DNA from: Betaproteobacteria bacterium
Lineage (GTDB): Bacteria > Pseudomonadota > Gammaproteobacteria > Burkholderiales > SG8-39
Direction: 5' to 3'
DNA: 64,000 nt
NCBI GenBank assembly: GCA_037443705.1
Contig: JBBINV010000001.1
Coordinates: forward strand, 69,692 to 133,691
Shown here: one piece after another, positions 19,363 to 33,862 of the stretch
Position numbering within the stretch: the first letter of the stretch is position 1
How the letters are laid out: every line of letters begins with the position of its first letter
Made by a program: the position numbers and the translations under genes
The notes under the pieces: generated by a model
The model's database searches: none
Seen by the model: the letters and a program-made list of their open reading frames with translations, nothing else
What the model was told of the DNA's origin: nothing

Positions 19363-19548
19363 CTACGGCTGCTTTTTCTCGCCTTCCGGCTCTTGCGGAT
19401 ACGGAACCGGCCTGTAGGGCTCGGGCTTCTCGGGCTTCAGCCCCGGGGGCGGCTTGTCCCGAAGGTACAGAGGCCCTTTCTGCCCGCAGCCGGCGGCGAG
19501 CAGCAGCACGAGCGCGAGGGCGACAATGGCGCGCATTAGAATGGCCAT
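19363..19548 (-). CDS. lptM: small lipoprotein LptM/YifL-like
   Basis: 61-aa ORF with lipobox LLAAGCGQKGPLYL and a Pro-rich tail. It sits in the conserved position upstream of lysA and divergent from cyaY. The start may be the MRAIVAL codon at 19536. Confidence 0.6.
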   Translation of the reverse strand: MAILMRAIVALALVLLLAAGCGQKGPLYLRDKPPPGLKPEKPEPYRPVPYPQEPEGEKKQP

Positions 19549-19568
19549 GTTAGCAGGAACCCCCCGGC

Positions 19569-19892
19569 ATGACCGAGAGCGAATTCGAGGCGCTGGCCGA
19601 TTCCGCGATCACGACGCTCGAGCGCGCGCTCGAGGCGAGCGGCGTGGAGGCCGACCTCGAGCCGAAAGCCGGTGGCGTGCTCGAGATCACGTTCGAAAAC
19701 GGCACCAAGATGGTGGTGAACCGCCACAACGCGGCGCGCGAGATCTGGGTCGCGGCGAAATCCGGGGGCTTTCACTTCCGCCACGACGGCGTGGCCTGGC
19801 GCGACACGCGCGACGGGAGCGAGCTCTTCGCGGCGCTCTCGAAGCTCGTGTCTCAGCAGTCGGGGACGCCCGTCGTGCTGGGTAAGGTCTAG
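19569..19892 (+). CDS. cyaY: iron-sulfur cluster assembly protein CyaY (frataxin homologue)
   Basis: 107-aa ORF. MTESEFEALADSAITTLERALE...GVLEITFENGTKMVVNRHNAAREIWVAAKSGGFHF matches the frataxin-like pattern. Confidence 0.9.
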   Translation: MTESEFEALADSAITTLERALEASGVEADLEPKAGGVLEITFENGTKMVVNRHNAAREIWVAAKSGGFHFRHDGVAWRDTRDGSELFAALSKLVSQQSGTPVVLGKV

Positions 19893-22213
19893 GTACCGGG
19901 AGGCGGCGCGAAAGCGCCGCGGTCGGCGCCGGGCGCGGCACCGGGCAGGGCCCCGGGCGGACCGGGCTCGGGCGGCAGGAATTCCTTGTAGAAGAACTCG
20001 TGGTCGCGCCCGCTCTGCGGCGCGGCCGGATCGGCTACGGTGCGCGCCGAGACCACGCCGGGCGGTGCGCGGCGCGGCTCCTCGGGCACGCCCTTCAGCG
20101 CTTTCGCCATGTACTCGATCCAGATCGGCAGCGCGACCTGGCCACCGGTCTGATTGCGGCCGAGGGACTTGGGCTGGTCGAAGCCGACCCAGGCGATGCC
20201 GACGAGTCCCGGCTGGTACCCGCAGAACCAGGCGTCCACGAAATCGTTGGTGGTGCCGGTCTTCCCGGCGAGGTCGCCGCGCCCGAGCTTGCCGGCGCGC
20301 GCCGCCGTGCCGTAGCGCACGACGTCCTGCATCATCGAGTCCATGATGAAGGCGTTGCGCGCGTCGATCGCGCGCAGCGCCTCGTCGCCTGCCTTCTGCG
20401 GCTGCGCCACCCCGAGCGGGTTGCCGCGGTCGTCCACGATCCGCTGGATGAAGTAGGGCTGGATGAGGTAGCCGCCGTTCGCGAAAACGCTGTAGGCGCG
20501 CGCCATCTGGAGCGGCGTGACCGATCCCGCCCCTAGCGCGAGCGTAAGGTACGGCGGCTGGCGCTCGGCTTGGAACCCGAAACGGGTGACGTAGTCCTGC
20601 GCGTATTTCGGCCCGATGTCCTGCAGGATCCGGATCGAGACCATGTTCTTGGATTTCGCGAGCGCGGTGCGCATGCTGAGCGGTCCCTCGAACTTGCCGT
20701 CGTAGTTTTTCGGCTCCCAGCGCTGGCTTCCGGTCACCTCGGCCTCGACCACGATCGGCTCGTCCGGGATCACGGTGGCCGGCGTGAAGCCTTTTTCGAG
20801 CGACGCCGAGTAGATGAACGGCTTGAAGGACGACCCCGGCTGGCGCCAGGCCTGCGTCGCGTGGTTGAAGCGGTTGCGCCAGAAATCGAACCCGCCCACG
20901 AGCGCGCGCACCGCGCCGTCCTGGGGATCGAGCGCGACGAACGCGGCCTCGACCTCGGGCAGCTGCGCGATCTGCCAGTGGCCCTTCTCGTCGCGCTGCG
21001 CACGAACGATCGCGCCGCGCCGGATGCGCCGGGCGGGTGGCGTCTTTTCTTCCAGCGCGCGCGCGGCGAACTTGAGTCCCTCCGCCTTCACCGTGATCGA
21101 CTCGCCGGTGCGCAGCGCCGCGCGCACCTCTTTCGGGCTCGCGGCCAGCACGAGCGCCGCGCGCAGGTCGTCCACGTCGAAGTGCTCGGCGAGCGCTTCC
21201 TCGAAATCCTCCTCGCCCGCGCCCTCGGGGAGCTCGGCGAACGCTTCCGGCCCGCGGTAGCCGTGGCGGCGGTCGTAATCGAGCACCCCTCGCCGGAGCG
21301 CCTCGTAGGCGGCCTCCTGGTCGGCCTTGCGGATGGTGGTGTAGACCCGGAAGCCGCGCGTGTAGACCTCGTCCGGATATTGTTGGTAGATCGCCTGGCG
21401 CACCATCTCGGCCACGTGCTCGCCGTGGACCGGGTACTCGCTTTGCTCACGCTTGACTTGGAGCGGGGCCTTGAGCGCTTCGGCGTACTGGCGCTCGTCG
21501 ATCTGCCCGAGCTCCCTCATGCGCCGCAACACGTACTGCTGGCGCTGGCGGGAGCGTTGCAGATTCGCAACAGGGTTATAAGCCGAAGGAGCCTTCGGCA
21601 AACCCGCCAGCACAGCGGCTTCGGCAAGCGTCAGCCGCTCGAGCGACTTGCCGAAGTAGACCTGCGCCGCCGCCGCGAAGCCGTAGGCGCGCTGGCCGAG
21701 GTAGATGTGATTGACGTAGAGCTCGAGGATCTGGTCCTTCGCGAGGCTGTGCTCGATCTTGAATGCGAGGAGCGCTTCATACAGCTTTCGCGTGAGCGTC
21801 TTTTCCGAGGACAGGAAGAAGTTGCGCGCGACCTGCATCGTGATCGTGCTCGCCCCCTGGCGCCTGCCTCCGGACACCAGGTTCGCGTAGGCCGCGCGCA
21901 GGACACCCACATAGTCGATCCCGGTGTGCTGGTAGAAACGCTCGTCCTCTGCGGCGAGGATCGCCGACTTGAGCAGCGGGGGCACCTGCTTGATCGAGAT
22001 CACCGAGCGGCGCTCTTCCCCGAACTCGCCGATCAGCGCGCCCTCGACCGTGTAGACGCGCAGCGGAATCTTCGGCTGGTAGTCGGTCAGCGCCTCGAGC
22101 GACGGCAGGTTGGGATAAGCGAGCAGCACGACGAGCAGCACGAGCGCAGCGGCGACGGCGGCAAGACCCGCCGCAAGGGCCAGCGGAAACAGAAGAAAAC
22201 GTAGCCACATCAA
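19889..22213 (-). CDS. mrcA: penicillin-binding protein 1A (bifunctional transglycosylase/transpeptidase)
   Basis: 774-aa ORF with an N-terminal TM. GT51 motifs (EDERFYQHTGID, RQGASTITMQ) and transpeptidase SxxK (GSSFKPF) and KTG (GKTGTTND) motifs. Confidence 0.95.
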   Translation of the reverse strand: MMWLRFLLFPLALAAGLAAVAAALVLLVVLLAYPNLPSLEALTDYQPKIPLRVYTVEGALIGEFGEERRSVISIKQVPPLLKSAILAAEDERFYQHTGIDYVGVLRAAYANLVSGGRRQGASTITMQVARNFFLSSEKTLTRKLYEALLAFKIEHSLAKDQILELYVNHIYLGQRAYGFAAAAQVYFGKSLERLTLAEAAVLAGLPKAPSAYNPVANLQRSRQRQQYVLRRMRELGQIDERQYAEALKAPLQVKREQSEYPVHGEHVAEMVRQAIYQQYPDEVYTRGFRVYTTIRKADQEAAYEALRRGVLDYDRRHGYRGPEAFAELPEGAGEEDFEEALAEHFDVDDLRAALVLAASPKEVRAALRTGESITVKAEGLKFAARALEEKTPPARRIRRGAIVRAQRDEKGHWQIAQLPEVEAAFVALDPQDGAVRALVGGFDFWRNRFNHATQAWRQPGSSFKPFIYSASLEKGFTPATVIPDEPIVVEAEVTGSQRWEPKNYDGKFEGPLSMRTALAKSKNMVSIRILQDIGPKYAQDYVTRFGFQAERQPPYLTLALGAGSVTPLQMARAYSVFANGGYLIQPYFIQRIVDDRGNPLGVAQPQKAGDEALRAIDARNAFIMDSMMQDVVRYGTAARAGKLGRGDLAGKTGTTNDFVDAWFCGYQPGLVGIAWVGFDQPKSLGRNQTGGQVALPIWIEYMAKALKGVPEEPRRAPPGVVSARTVADPAAPQSGRDHEFFYKEFLPPEPGPPGALPGAAPGADRGAFAPPPGT

Positions 22214-22432
22214 AGGTATTAGACCTCTGCGGCGCTTCTACCGGGTACGGAGTTGCACGGGGCGGGAGAACGGGGGCATTATAGCCCTCCCCCGGTTGTG
22301 AACAATTTGCTAGACACTCGTGGGGGTTGTTGCTAGCATTTAACGCGGATTCTATGTATCGCGCCTAAAAGGCAGATACCTAAGGGAAATCGGCGGGGAC
22401 AAAGGGGTCGGGACCAAGGCGGAGAGAAGGGG

Positions 22433-23509
22433 ATGGAATTCGACATCTTCAAGCCGAAGGCACCGCCGTTGTTCGGGCTGGACATCAGCTCGTCCTCCGT
22501 CAAGATGCTCGAGATCGTGGAGGCGGGAAAGGGCGCCTACCAGGTCGAGCGTTACACCATCGAGCCGCTGCCGCGCGATGCCGTGGTCGACGGCAACATC
22601 AACAACCTCGAGGCCGTTGCCGAGGCCGTCAAGCGTGGTCACAAGCGCCTCGCCACGCGCACCAAGCATGTCGCCATGGCGGTGCCCTCGGGCGCCGTGA
22701 TCACCAAGAAAATCATCGTCGCCGCCGGATTGCGCGAGGAGGAGCTTGAGGTCCAGGTGGAAACCGAGGCGAACCAGTACATCCCGTTCGCGCTCGAGGA
22801 GGTGAACCTCGATTTCCAGGTGGTCGGGCCTTCGCCCGCCAATCCCGAGGAGCAGGAGGTGCTGATCGCCGCGACGCGCAAGGAAAAGGTCGAGGACCGC
22901 GTGGCGGTGGCCGAGTCCGCGGGCCTGAAGGCGATCGTGATGGACGTAGAGTCCTACGCTCAGATGTCGGCGCTCGGGCTGGTGGTGCACCAGCTGCCGA
23001 GCGCGGGCAAGGACCAGAACATCGCGGTGGTCGACGTCGGCGCAAACGTCATGAACGTGAGCGTGCTCCGCAACGAGCAGTCGGTGTACACGCGCGAGCA
23101 GGCCTTCGGTGGCAACCAGCTTACCCAGGACATCACCAGCCGCTACGGCATGAGCCCGGAGGAGGCCGAGAACGCGAAGCGCTCGGGCGGGCTCCCCGAT
23201 GATTTCGAGGCCGAGGTGCTGCGCCCGTTCATGGAGAACCTCTCGATGGAGGTGCAGCGCGCGCTCCAGTTCTTCTTCACCTCGACCTCCTATAGCCAGG
23301 TCGACCACATTCTGCTCGCCGGCGGCTCGGCGGTGATTCCGGGCCTGGACGAGGTGGTGCACACGCGCACCCAGGTGCCGACGCTCGTGGCGAATCCCTT
23401 TGCGGCGATGAAAAACTCGCCGCGCATCCAGCTCAAGCGCCTGATGCAGGACGCGCCCTCGCTCATCGTGGCGTGCGGCCTCGCCATGCGGCGCTTCGAC
23501 CCGGTATGA
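22433..23509 (+). CDS. pilM: type IV pilus assembly ATPase-fold protein PilM
   Basis: 358-aa ORF with an actin-like fold pattern (GLDISSSSVKMLEI...). It is the first gene of the pilMNOPQ operon. Confidence 0.92.
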   Translation: MEFDIFKPKAPPLFGLDISSSSVKMLEIVEAGKGAYQVERYTIEPLPRDAVVDGNINNLEAVAEAVKRGHKRLATRTKHVAMAVPSGAVITKKIIVAAGLREEELEVQVETEANQYIPFALEEVNLDFQVVGPSPANPEEQEVLIAATRKEKVEDRVAVAESAGLKAIVMDVESYAQMSALGLVVHQLPSAGKDQNIAVVDVGANVMNVSVLRNEQSVYTREQAFGGNQLTQDITSRYGMSPEEAENAKRSGGLPDDFEAEVLRPFMENLSMEVQRALQFFFTSTSYSQVDHILLAGGSAVIPGLDEVVHTRTQVPTLVANPFAAMKNSPRIQLKRLMQDAPSLIVACGLAMRRFDPV

Positions 23510-24114
23510 GCGTCCGGATTAACCTCCTGCCGCACCGCGAGGAGCGGCGCAAGCTCGCGCGCAAGCAGTTCGGCATCGTCGCCGGCCTCACGGCCGCGCT
23601 CGGGCTGGCGATCGTCGGCGTGGTGCACTTCTATTTCGCGAACCTGATCGAGGTGCAGGCCGACCGCAACAAGTTCCTGAAGGGCGAGATCGCCAAGCTC
23701 GACAAGGAAATCGACGAGATCAAGAAGCTGAAGGACGAGATCGCGGCGCTGCTCGCCCGCAAGCAGGTGATCGAGACGCTGCAGACCGACCGCGCGCAGA
23801 CCGTGCACCTGCTGGACGAGCTGGTGCGCCGCACGCCCGAGGGCGTGTACCTGAGGGCGTTCAAGCAGCAGGGGCTCAAGGTCAACGTGCTGGGCTACGC
23901 GCAGTCGAACGCGCGCGTCTCCACGATGATGCGCAACATCGAGTCCTCGCCCTGGCTCGAGAACCCCTCGCTCGTCGAGATCCGCTCCGCCGTGGTGGAC
24001 AAGAAGCGGGTCTCGGATTTCAACCTGAATTTCGCGCTCAAGCGCACGCAGCCGCCCGCCGACAAGGGCGCGCCGGCCAAGGGGCCCGCCAAGCCCGCCG
24101 CGAAGAAGGGCTAG
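23506..24114 (+). CDS. pilN: type IV pilus assembly protein PilN
   Basis: ATG at 23506 (ATGA overlap with pilM). N-terminal INLLPHREERR motif followed by a TM segment. Confidence 0.9.
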   Translation: MSVRINLLPHREERRKLARKQFGIVAGLTAALGLAIVGVVHFYFANLIEVQADRNKFLKGEIAKLDKEIDEIKKLKDEIAALLARKQVIETLQTDRAQTVHLLDELVRRTPEGVYLRAFKQQGLKVNVLGYAQSNARVSTMMRNIESSPWLENPSLVEIRSAVVDKKRVSDFNLNFALKRTQPPADKGAPAKGPAKPAAKKG

Positions 24115-24118
24115 CGCC

Positions 24119-24781
24119 ATGGCGATCAACCTCAATCAGTACCTCGAGGAATTCAAGAACCTCAATCCGAAGGATCCGGGCACCTGGCCGCTCATCCCGA
24201 AGCTCGCTGCGCTGGTGGCCATACTCGCCGTGATACCGGTAGGCGGGTACTTCGCCGACTGGCAGGCGCAGATCGAGGACCTCGAGAAGGGCCGCCGCGA
24301 CGAGGCGAAGCTGAAGGACGATTACCTCAACAAGAAGAAGCAGGCCGTGAACCTCGACCTGCACAAGCAGCAGCTGCGCGAGATCGACACCCAGTTCGGC
24401 GCGCTGCTCAAGCAGTTGCCGAACCGCTCGCAGATGGACGCGCTCCTCGTGGACATCAACCAGGCGGGTCTCGGGCGGGGCTTGCAGTTCGAGCTGTTCA
24501 AGCCGGCGGCGTCCGAGCTCAGGCGCGAGTTCTACGCCGAGCTTCCGATCGAGCTGAGGGTGATCGGCACCTATCACGACATGGGCGCGTTCGCGAGCGA
24601 CGTCGGGCAGCTGCCGCGGATCGTGACGCTGAACGACGTCTCGATGGCGGTGCAGAAGGACGGCATGCTCGTCATGGAGGCCAAGGCGCGCACGTTCCGC
24701 TATCTCGACGAGGAGGAGGTCGCGGCGCAGCGCAAGGCGCAGAAGGGCCCGGCGAAGGGCGCCAAGGCGGCGAAGAAATGA
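24119..24781 (+). CDS. pilO: type IV pilus assembly protein PilO
   Basis: 220-aa ORF with an N-terminal TM, a coiled coil and a PilO core (LLKQLPNRSQMDALLVDINQAG). Confidence 0.88.
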   Translation: MAINLNQYLEEFKNLNPKDPGTWPLIPKLAALVAILAVIPVGGYFADWQAQIEDLEKGRRDEAKLKDDYLNKKKQAVNLDLHKQQLREIDTQFGALLKQLPNRSQMDALLVDINQAGLGRGLQFELFKPAASELRREFYAELPIELRVIGTYHDMGAFASDVGQLPRIVTLNDVSMAVQKDGMLVMEAKARTFRYLDEEEVAAQRKAQKGPAKGAKAAKK

Positions 24782-25311
24782 GGAAGAGCGTTCTCATCGC
24801 GGGTGCGCTGCTCGTCTCGGCGTGCGGCGGCGACCAGTTCGGCGACCTGAAGCAGGAGCTCGCGCAGCTCACCAAGGACCTGCGCGGCCGGGTGGAGCCC
24901 CTGCCGCAGGTGAAGACCTACGAGCCGGTGCCCTACAAGGGCGAGGGCGAGGTCGACCCGTTCCGGCCCGAGCGCATCGTCGTCGCGCAGGCGGGCGCGG
25001 CTGCGACCAGCCCCGGCTCCTCCGCGCGAATCCAGAAAGAGCGCGATCGCGCCAAGGAACCGCTCGAGGCGTTCCCGCTGGAATCGATCCTCATGGTGGG
25101 GACGCTCACGCAGAACAAGGAAACCTTCGCCCTGGTGAAGGCGGGAACGAATCTCTACCGGGTCCGGAAGGGCAACTACATGGGCCAGAACTTCGGCGTC
25201 ATCACGGCGATCGACGACACGCAAATCAGCCTGAAGGAACTGATCCAGGACAGCGGCGGCGACTGGGTCGAACGCACCAGCGCGCTGCAGCTGCAGGAGG
25301 CGAAAAAATGA
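24778..25311 (+). CDS. pilP: type IV pilus assembly lipoprotein PilP
   Basis: 177-aa ORF with lipobox LLVSACGG and the C-terminal PilP beta-domain (TFALVKAGTNLYRVRKGNYMGQNFG). Confidence 0.88.
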   Translation: MRKSVLIAGALLVSACGGDQFGDLKQELAQLTKDLRGRVEPLPQVKTYEPVPYKGEGEVDPFRPERIVVAQAGAAATSPGSSARIQKERDRAKEPLEAFPLESILMVGTLTQNKETFALVKAGTNLYRVRKGNYMGQNFGVITAIDDTQISLKELIQDSGGDWVERTSALQLQEAKK

Positions 25312-27419
25312 GAACGCTCAAGGGTGGGTTGCAGGCGCTGGTGCTGTGGCTCGTGGCGGCGGCTGCGGCGGGCTACGCCGGGCTCGCGGCGGCGCAGAAC
25401 AGCATCGAGGGCTTCGACGTCACGCAGCAGGGCGGCGCGGTGGTGGTGCGGGTCACCACCAAGGAGGCGCTGAAGAGCGTGCCGCCCAATTTCACCGTTG
25501 CGAGCCCGGCGCGCATCGCGTTCGATTTCGCCGGCACCGTGAACGCGCTCGGCCGCAGCTCCCAGGACATCGGGCAGGGCGAGCTGCGCAGCATGAACGT
25601 GGTCCAGGGCGCCGACCGCACGCGACTGGTGCTGAACCTGCGGCGCCCGGTGGCGCACGAGGCGGCGCTCGATGGACGCACGCTCGTGGTCACGCTGCGC
25701 GCCGCGGCGCCGTCGGCGGCGGGCGGGCCGGTGGCGCACTTCGCCGAAGGGCGCGCGGACGCCAAGCACGCGATCCGCGACCTCGACTTCCGCCGCGGCC
25801 GCGGGGGCGAGGGCCGGGTGCTGGTCGACCTCTCCGACAGCACCACGGGGATCGACATCCGGCAGCAGGGCCAGAACATCGTGGTCGAGTTCCTGAAGAC
25901 GTCGCTGCCCGACAACCTGCGGCGGCGCCTGGACGTGGTCGACTTCGCGACGCCTGTGCAGAGCATCAACACGTTCCAGCAGGGCGAGAACGTGCGCATG
26001 GTGATCGAGCCGCGCGGACAGTGGGAGCACAACGCCTACCAGTCCGACACCCAGTTCGTGCTCGAGGTGAAGCCGGTAGCGGCGGACCCGTCGCGTGCCG
26101 CGCAGAAGGGGCGCTACACGGGCGAGAAGCTCTCGCTCAACTTCCAGAACGTGGAAGTGCGCGCAGTGCTGAACGTGATCGCCGACTTCACGGACCTCAA
26201 CGTCATTACGAGCGACACCGTGAGCGGCAACATCACGCTGCGGTTGAAGGACGTGCCCTGGGACCAGGCGCTCGACATCATCCTGCAGACGCGGGGCCTG
26301 GACATGCGCAAGACCGGCAACGTGATCTGGATTGCGCCGCGCGACGAGCTCGCCACGCGCGAAAAGCTCGCGCTCGAGGCGCAGCAGCAGATCACCGACC
26401 TCGAGCAGACGCGCACCGAGGCCTTCCAGATGAACTACCAGAAGGCCTCCGACGTGCAGAAGCTCGTCTCGGATCCCCAGCAGCGCATGCTCTCCAAGCG
26501 CGGCAGCGCCGTGGTCGACGCTCGCACGAATACGCTCTTCGTGCAGGACGTTCCGGGGCGCCTGGAGGAGGTCCGCAAGCTCATTGCCAAGATCGACGTT
26601 CCGGTGCGCCAGGTGATGATCGAGGCGCGGATCGTGGAGGCGAGCGACACCTTCAGCAAGAACCTCGGCGCGCGCCTCGGCTACCACGACTTCAGCGCGT
26701 CCGGCCATCGGATTCTCGGCAACAACAGCCCTCGGTTCCACTTCGGCGGGGGCCTGGACGACACCGGCGGTCACGCTGCGGGCGGGGCGCAGGGCGGCGC
26801 GACCAGCTTCATCCCGGGCAGCCTCTCGGTCAATATGCCGGCGGCGGGCCTGAACGCGTTCAACGCCGGCCAGTTCTCGTTCATCCTGTTCAACTCGGCG
26901 CTCACGCAGTTCCTGAACCTGGAGATCTCGGCGCTGGAAGCCGACGGCAAGGGCAAGGTGATCGCAAGCCCGCGCGTGCTCACCGCCGACCAGGTCGAGG
27001 CGGTGATCGAGCAGGGCACCGAGATCCCTTACCAGCAGGCGACCTCGTCGGGCGCGACGAGCGTCTCGTTCCGCAAGGCCAACCTCGCGCTGAAGGTGAA
27101 GCCCCACATCACGCCCGACGGCAACATCATCATGACGCTCGACGTGAACAAGGACGAGCCGGGCGCGGTGACGCCGGCGGGCGTGCAGATCTCGACCAAG
27201 CACGTCAAGACCGAGGTGCTGGTCGAGAACGGCGGCACCGTGGTGATCGGCGGCATCTACCTGCAGCGCGACCGGACCGACATCACGCGGGTGCCGTTCT
27301 TCGGCGACCTGCCCTACGTGGGGTTCCTGTTCCGCAACCAGGCGACGATCGCCAACAAGGACGAGCTGCTCGTGTTCATCACGCCGCGGATCGTCAACGA
27401 GCGCCTTACGATCCGCTGA
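25308..27419 (+). CDS. pilQ: type IV pilus secretin PilQ
   Basis: ATG at 25308 inside ORF 24822..27419 (ATGA overlap with pilP). Signal peptide, two AMIN-like repeats, and the secretin C-domain ending VPFFGDLPYVGFLFRN...LLVFITPRIV. Confidence 0.95.
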   Translation: MRTLKGGLQALVLWLVAAAAAGYAGLAAAQNSIEGFDVTQQGGAVVVRVTTKEALKSVPPNFTVASPARIAFDFAGTVNALGRSSQDIGQGELRSMNVVQGADRTRLVLNLRRPVAHEAALDGRTLVVTLRAAAPSAAGGPVAHFAEGRADAKHAIRDLDFRRGRGGEGRVLVDLSDSTTGIDIRQQGQNIVVEFLKTSLPDNLRRRLDVVDFATPVQSINTFQQGENVRMVIEPRGQWEHNAYQSDTQFVLEVKPVAADPSRAAQKGRYTGEKLSLNFQNVEVRAVLNVIADFTDLNVITSDTVSGNITLRLKDVPWDQALDIILQTRGLDMRKTGNVIWIAPRDELATREKLALEAQQQITDLEQTRTEAFQMNYQKASDVQKLVSDPQQRMLSKRGSAVVDARTNTLFVQDVPGRLEEVRKLIAKIDVPVRQVMIEARIVEASDTFSKNLGARLGYHDFSASGHRILGNNSPRFHFGGGLDDTGGHAAGGAQGGATSFIPGSLSVNMPAAGLNAFNAGQFSFILFNSALTQFLNLEISALEADGKGKVIASPRVLTADQVEAVIEQGTEIPYQQATSSGATSVSFRKANLALKVKPHITPDGNIIMTLDVNKDEPGAVTPAGVQISTKHVKTEVLVENGGTVVIGGIYLQRDRTDITRVPFFGDLPYVGFLFRNQATIANKDELLVFITPRIVNERLTIR

Positions 27420-27430
27420 TCCTCCCCGTC

Positions 27431-27450
27431 GTCCCCGCGAAGGCGGGGAC
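27431..27450. repeat. REP-like hairpin, CCCGC-N4-GCGGG family (copy 1 of 3)
   Basis: GTCCCCGC gaag GCGGGGAC, 12 nt after the pilQ stop. Related hairpins occur at 48265-48284 and 59493-59512. Confidence 0.75.
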
Positions 27451-27455
27451 CCAGC

Positions 27456-27486
27456 AAACGGCCGGTCGTTCCGGCCGTTTCATTTT
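27456..27486 (+). terminator. rho-independent terminator of the pil operon
   Basis: AAACGGCCGG tcgt TCCGGCCGTTT followed by CATTTTG. It lies downstream of pilQ and upstream of the aroK GTG. Confidence 0.7.
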
Positions 27487-27506
27487 GCGGTGCGTAGAAT
27501 AGCCGC

Positions 27507-28040
27507 GTGAAAGACCCGCGCAACGTCTACCTCCTCGGGATGATGGGGGCCGGCAAGACCACCATCGGGCGGCTGCTCGCGCGGCGCCTCAAGCGCCCGT
27601 TCTACGACTCCGACCACGAGGTCGAGCGCCGCTGCGGCGTCGGCATTCCGGTCATCTTCGAGATCGAGGGCGAAGCGGGCTTTCGCGCGCGCGAGTCGCA
27701 GGCGATCGGCGAGCTCACCGCGCTCGAGGGCATCGTGCTTGCGACCGGCGGCGGCGCGGTGCTCGACCCCGAGAACCGGCGCCGGCTTGGCGCCCGTGGC
27801 ACGGTCGTCTATCTGCACGCCGCGCCGGCGGCGCTCTGCGAGCGCGTGCGCCACGACAGGAACCGGCCGCTGCTCGCGACCGCGGATCCGCTCGCGAAGC
27901 TCGAGGCCCTGTACGCGCAACGCGATCCGCTCTACCGCGAGATCGCCGACGTCGTGATCGAGACCGGGCAGCAGAGCGTGACCGCGCTCGCGCGGCAGCT
28001 CCTCGAGCGCCTGGAGGCCGAATGGAAGCTCTCCGCGTAG
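27507..28040 (+). CDS. aroK: shikimate kinase
   Basis: 177-aa ORF with a GTG start. P-loop [12 protein letters not shown], the ATGGGAV shikimate-binding region, and conserved pilQ-aroK-aroB synteny. Confidence 0.93.
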   Translation: MKDPRNVYLLGMMGAGKTTIGRLLARRLKRPFYDSDHEVERRCGVGIPVIFEIEGEAGFRARESQAIGELTALEGIVLATGGGAVLDPENRRRLGARGTVVYLHAAPAALCERVRHDRNRPLLATADPLAKLEALYAQRDPLYREIADVVIETGQQSVTALARQLLERLEAEWKLSA

Positions 28041-29092
28041 CGCTCGGCAGCCGCTCGTACCCGATCCACATCGGGGCCGGATTGCTCGATGAGCCGGCGC
28101 TCTACCGGCCGCATCTCGGCGAGGGCGGCGTGGCGATCGTCAGCAATACGGTGGTCGCGCCGCTGTACCTCGAGCGCGTGCGCCGGGCGCTCGGCCGGCC
28201 CGCGCTCGAAATCCTGATCGAGGACGGCGAGAACGCGAAGTCCTGGGCGTCGGTCGACCGGGTGTGCGACGCGCTGCTCGCGGCGCGCTTCGGGCGTGAC
28301 GCGACGCTCGTCGCGCTCGGCGGCGGCGTGGTCGGCGATCTCGCGGGATTCGCGGCCGCGGTCTACCAGCGGGGCGTGCCGTTCCTCCAGGTTCCCACGA
28401 CGCTCCTTGCGCAGGTCGACTCCTCGGTTGGCGGCAAGACCGCGATCAACCATCCGCGCGGCAAGAACATGATCGGCGCGTTCCACCAGCCGCTCGCGGT
28501 CATCGCCGACGTCGCCACGCTCGATACGCTGCCCGTGCGCGAGCTTCGCGCCGGGATCGCGGAAGTGATCAAGCACGGCGCCGCGCTCGACGCGGCGTTC
28601 TTCGCGTGGCTCGAGGAAAACGTGGAGAAACTCCTGGCGCGCGATCGCGCGGCGCTGACGTACGCGGTACGGCGGTCCTGCGAGCTCAAGGCGGCGATCG
28701 TGGCGGCCGACGAGCGCGAGGCCGGGAGGCGGGCATTGCTCAATTTCGGGCACACTTTCGGGCACGCCATCGAGGCGGGCCTGGGCTACGGCAAGTGGCT
28801 GCACGGCGAAGCGGTGGCCGCCGGCATGGTGATGGCGGGCGAGCTCTCGGTGCGCGCGGGACTTCTCGCCGCGGCGGACTGCGCGCGGCTGCGCGCGCTG
28901 GTCGCGCGCGCCGGCCTTCCGGTCGCCGGCGCCGCAATAGCGCCCGCGCGCATGATCGAGCTCATGCAGGTCGACAAGAAAGCGAATGCCGGAGGCGTGC
29001 GCTTCGTGCTGCTCGAGGCGATCGGGAGCGCTGCGCTTCGCGGCGGACTCGATTCGCGATCGGTCGGCGAAGCGATCGCTGCGGTGCAGTAG
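28022..29092 (+). CDS. aroB: 3-dehydroquinate synthase
   Basis: 356-aa ORF. The [17 protein letters not shown]-binding motif and the metal-binding HGEAVA region are typical AroB. Confidence 0.95.
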   Translation: MEALRVALGSRSYPIHIGAGLLDEPALYRPHLGEGGVAIVSNTVVAPLYLERVRRALGRPALEILIEDGENAKSWASVDRVCDALLAARFGRDATLVALGGGVVGDLAGFAAAVYQRGVPFLQVPTTLLAQVDSSVGGKTAINHPRGKNMIGAFHQPLAVIADVATLDTLPVRELRAGIAEVIKHGAALDAAFFAWLEENVEKLLARDRAALTYAVRRSCELKAAIVAADEREAGRRALLNFGHTFGHAIEAGLGYGKWLHGEAVAAGMVMAGELSVRAGLLAAADCARLRALVARAGLPVAGAAIAPARMIELMQVDKKANAGGVRFVLLEAIGSAALRGGLDSRSVGEAIAAVQ

Positions 29093-29224
29093 CGCGTCCC
29101 CAGGCCAAAGCCCTTGTTTCTACGGGACTCCGCGGGTATATTTCTTGGTTCGCCCTGCGTTTTTGTGCAGAGCGGCGAGCCCGGCACGAACACCGCCAAA
29201 AGGCATCCGGATCAGAGACTTAAC

Positions 29225-33862
<4,638 letters not shown>

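Noticed and set aside
22214-22432. Repeated TTGCTAG words (TTGCTAGAC ... TTGCTAGCAT) in the mrcA-pilM divergent region, considered as a regulator site
   Set aside because: There are only two short direct copies with no dyad symmetry or known consensus. They are most simply promoter -35/-10-like sequence in an AT-richer spacer.
29114-29224. N-terminal extensions offered by the ORF track: gltB from 29114, glmU from 45009, cytochrome c4 from 5634, pilQ from 24822, DsbD from 1184, Oah from 52515
   Set aside because: Family-typical N-termini, signal peptides or ATGA overlaps point to internal starts. The extensions overlap upstream genes or intergenic hairpins and look non-coding.
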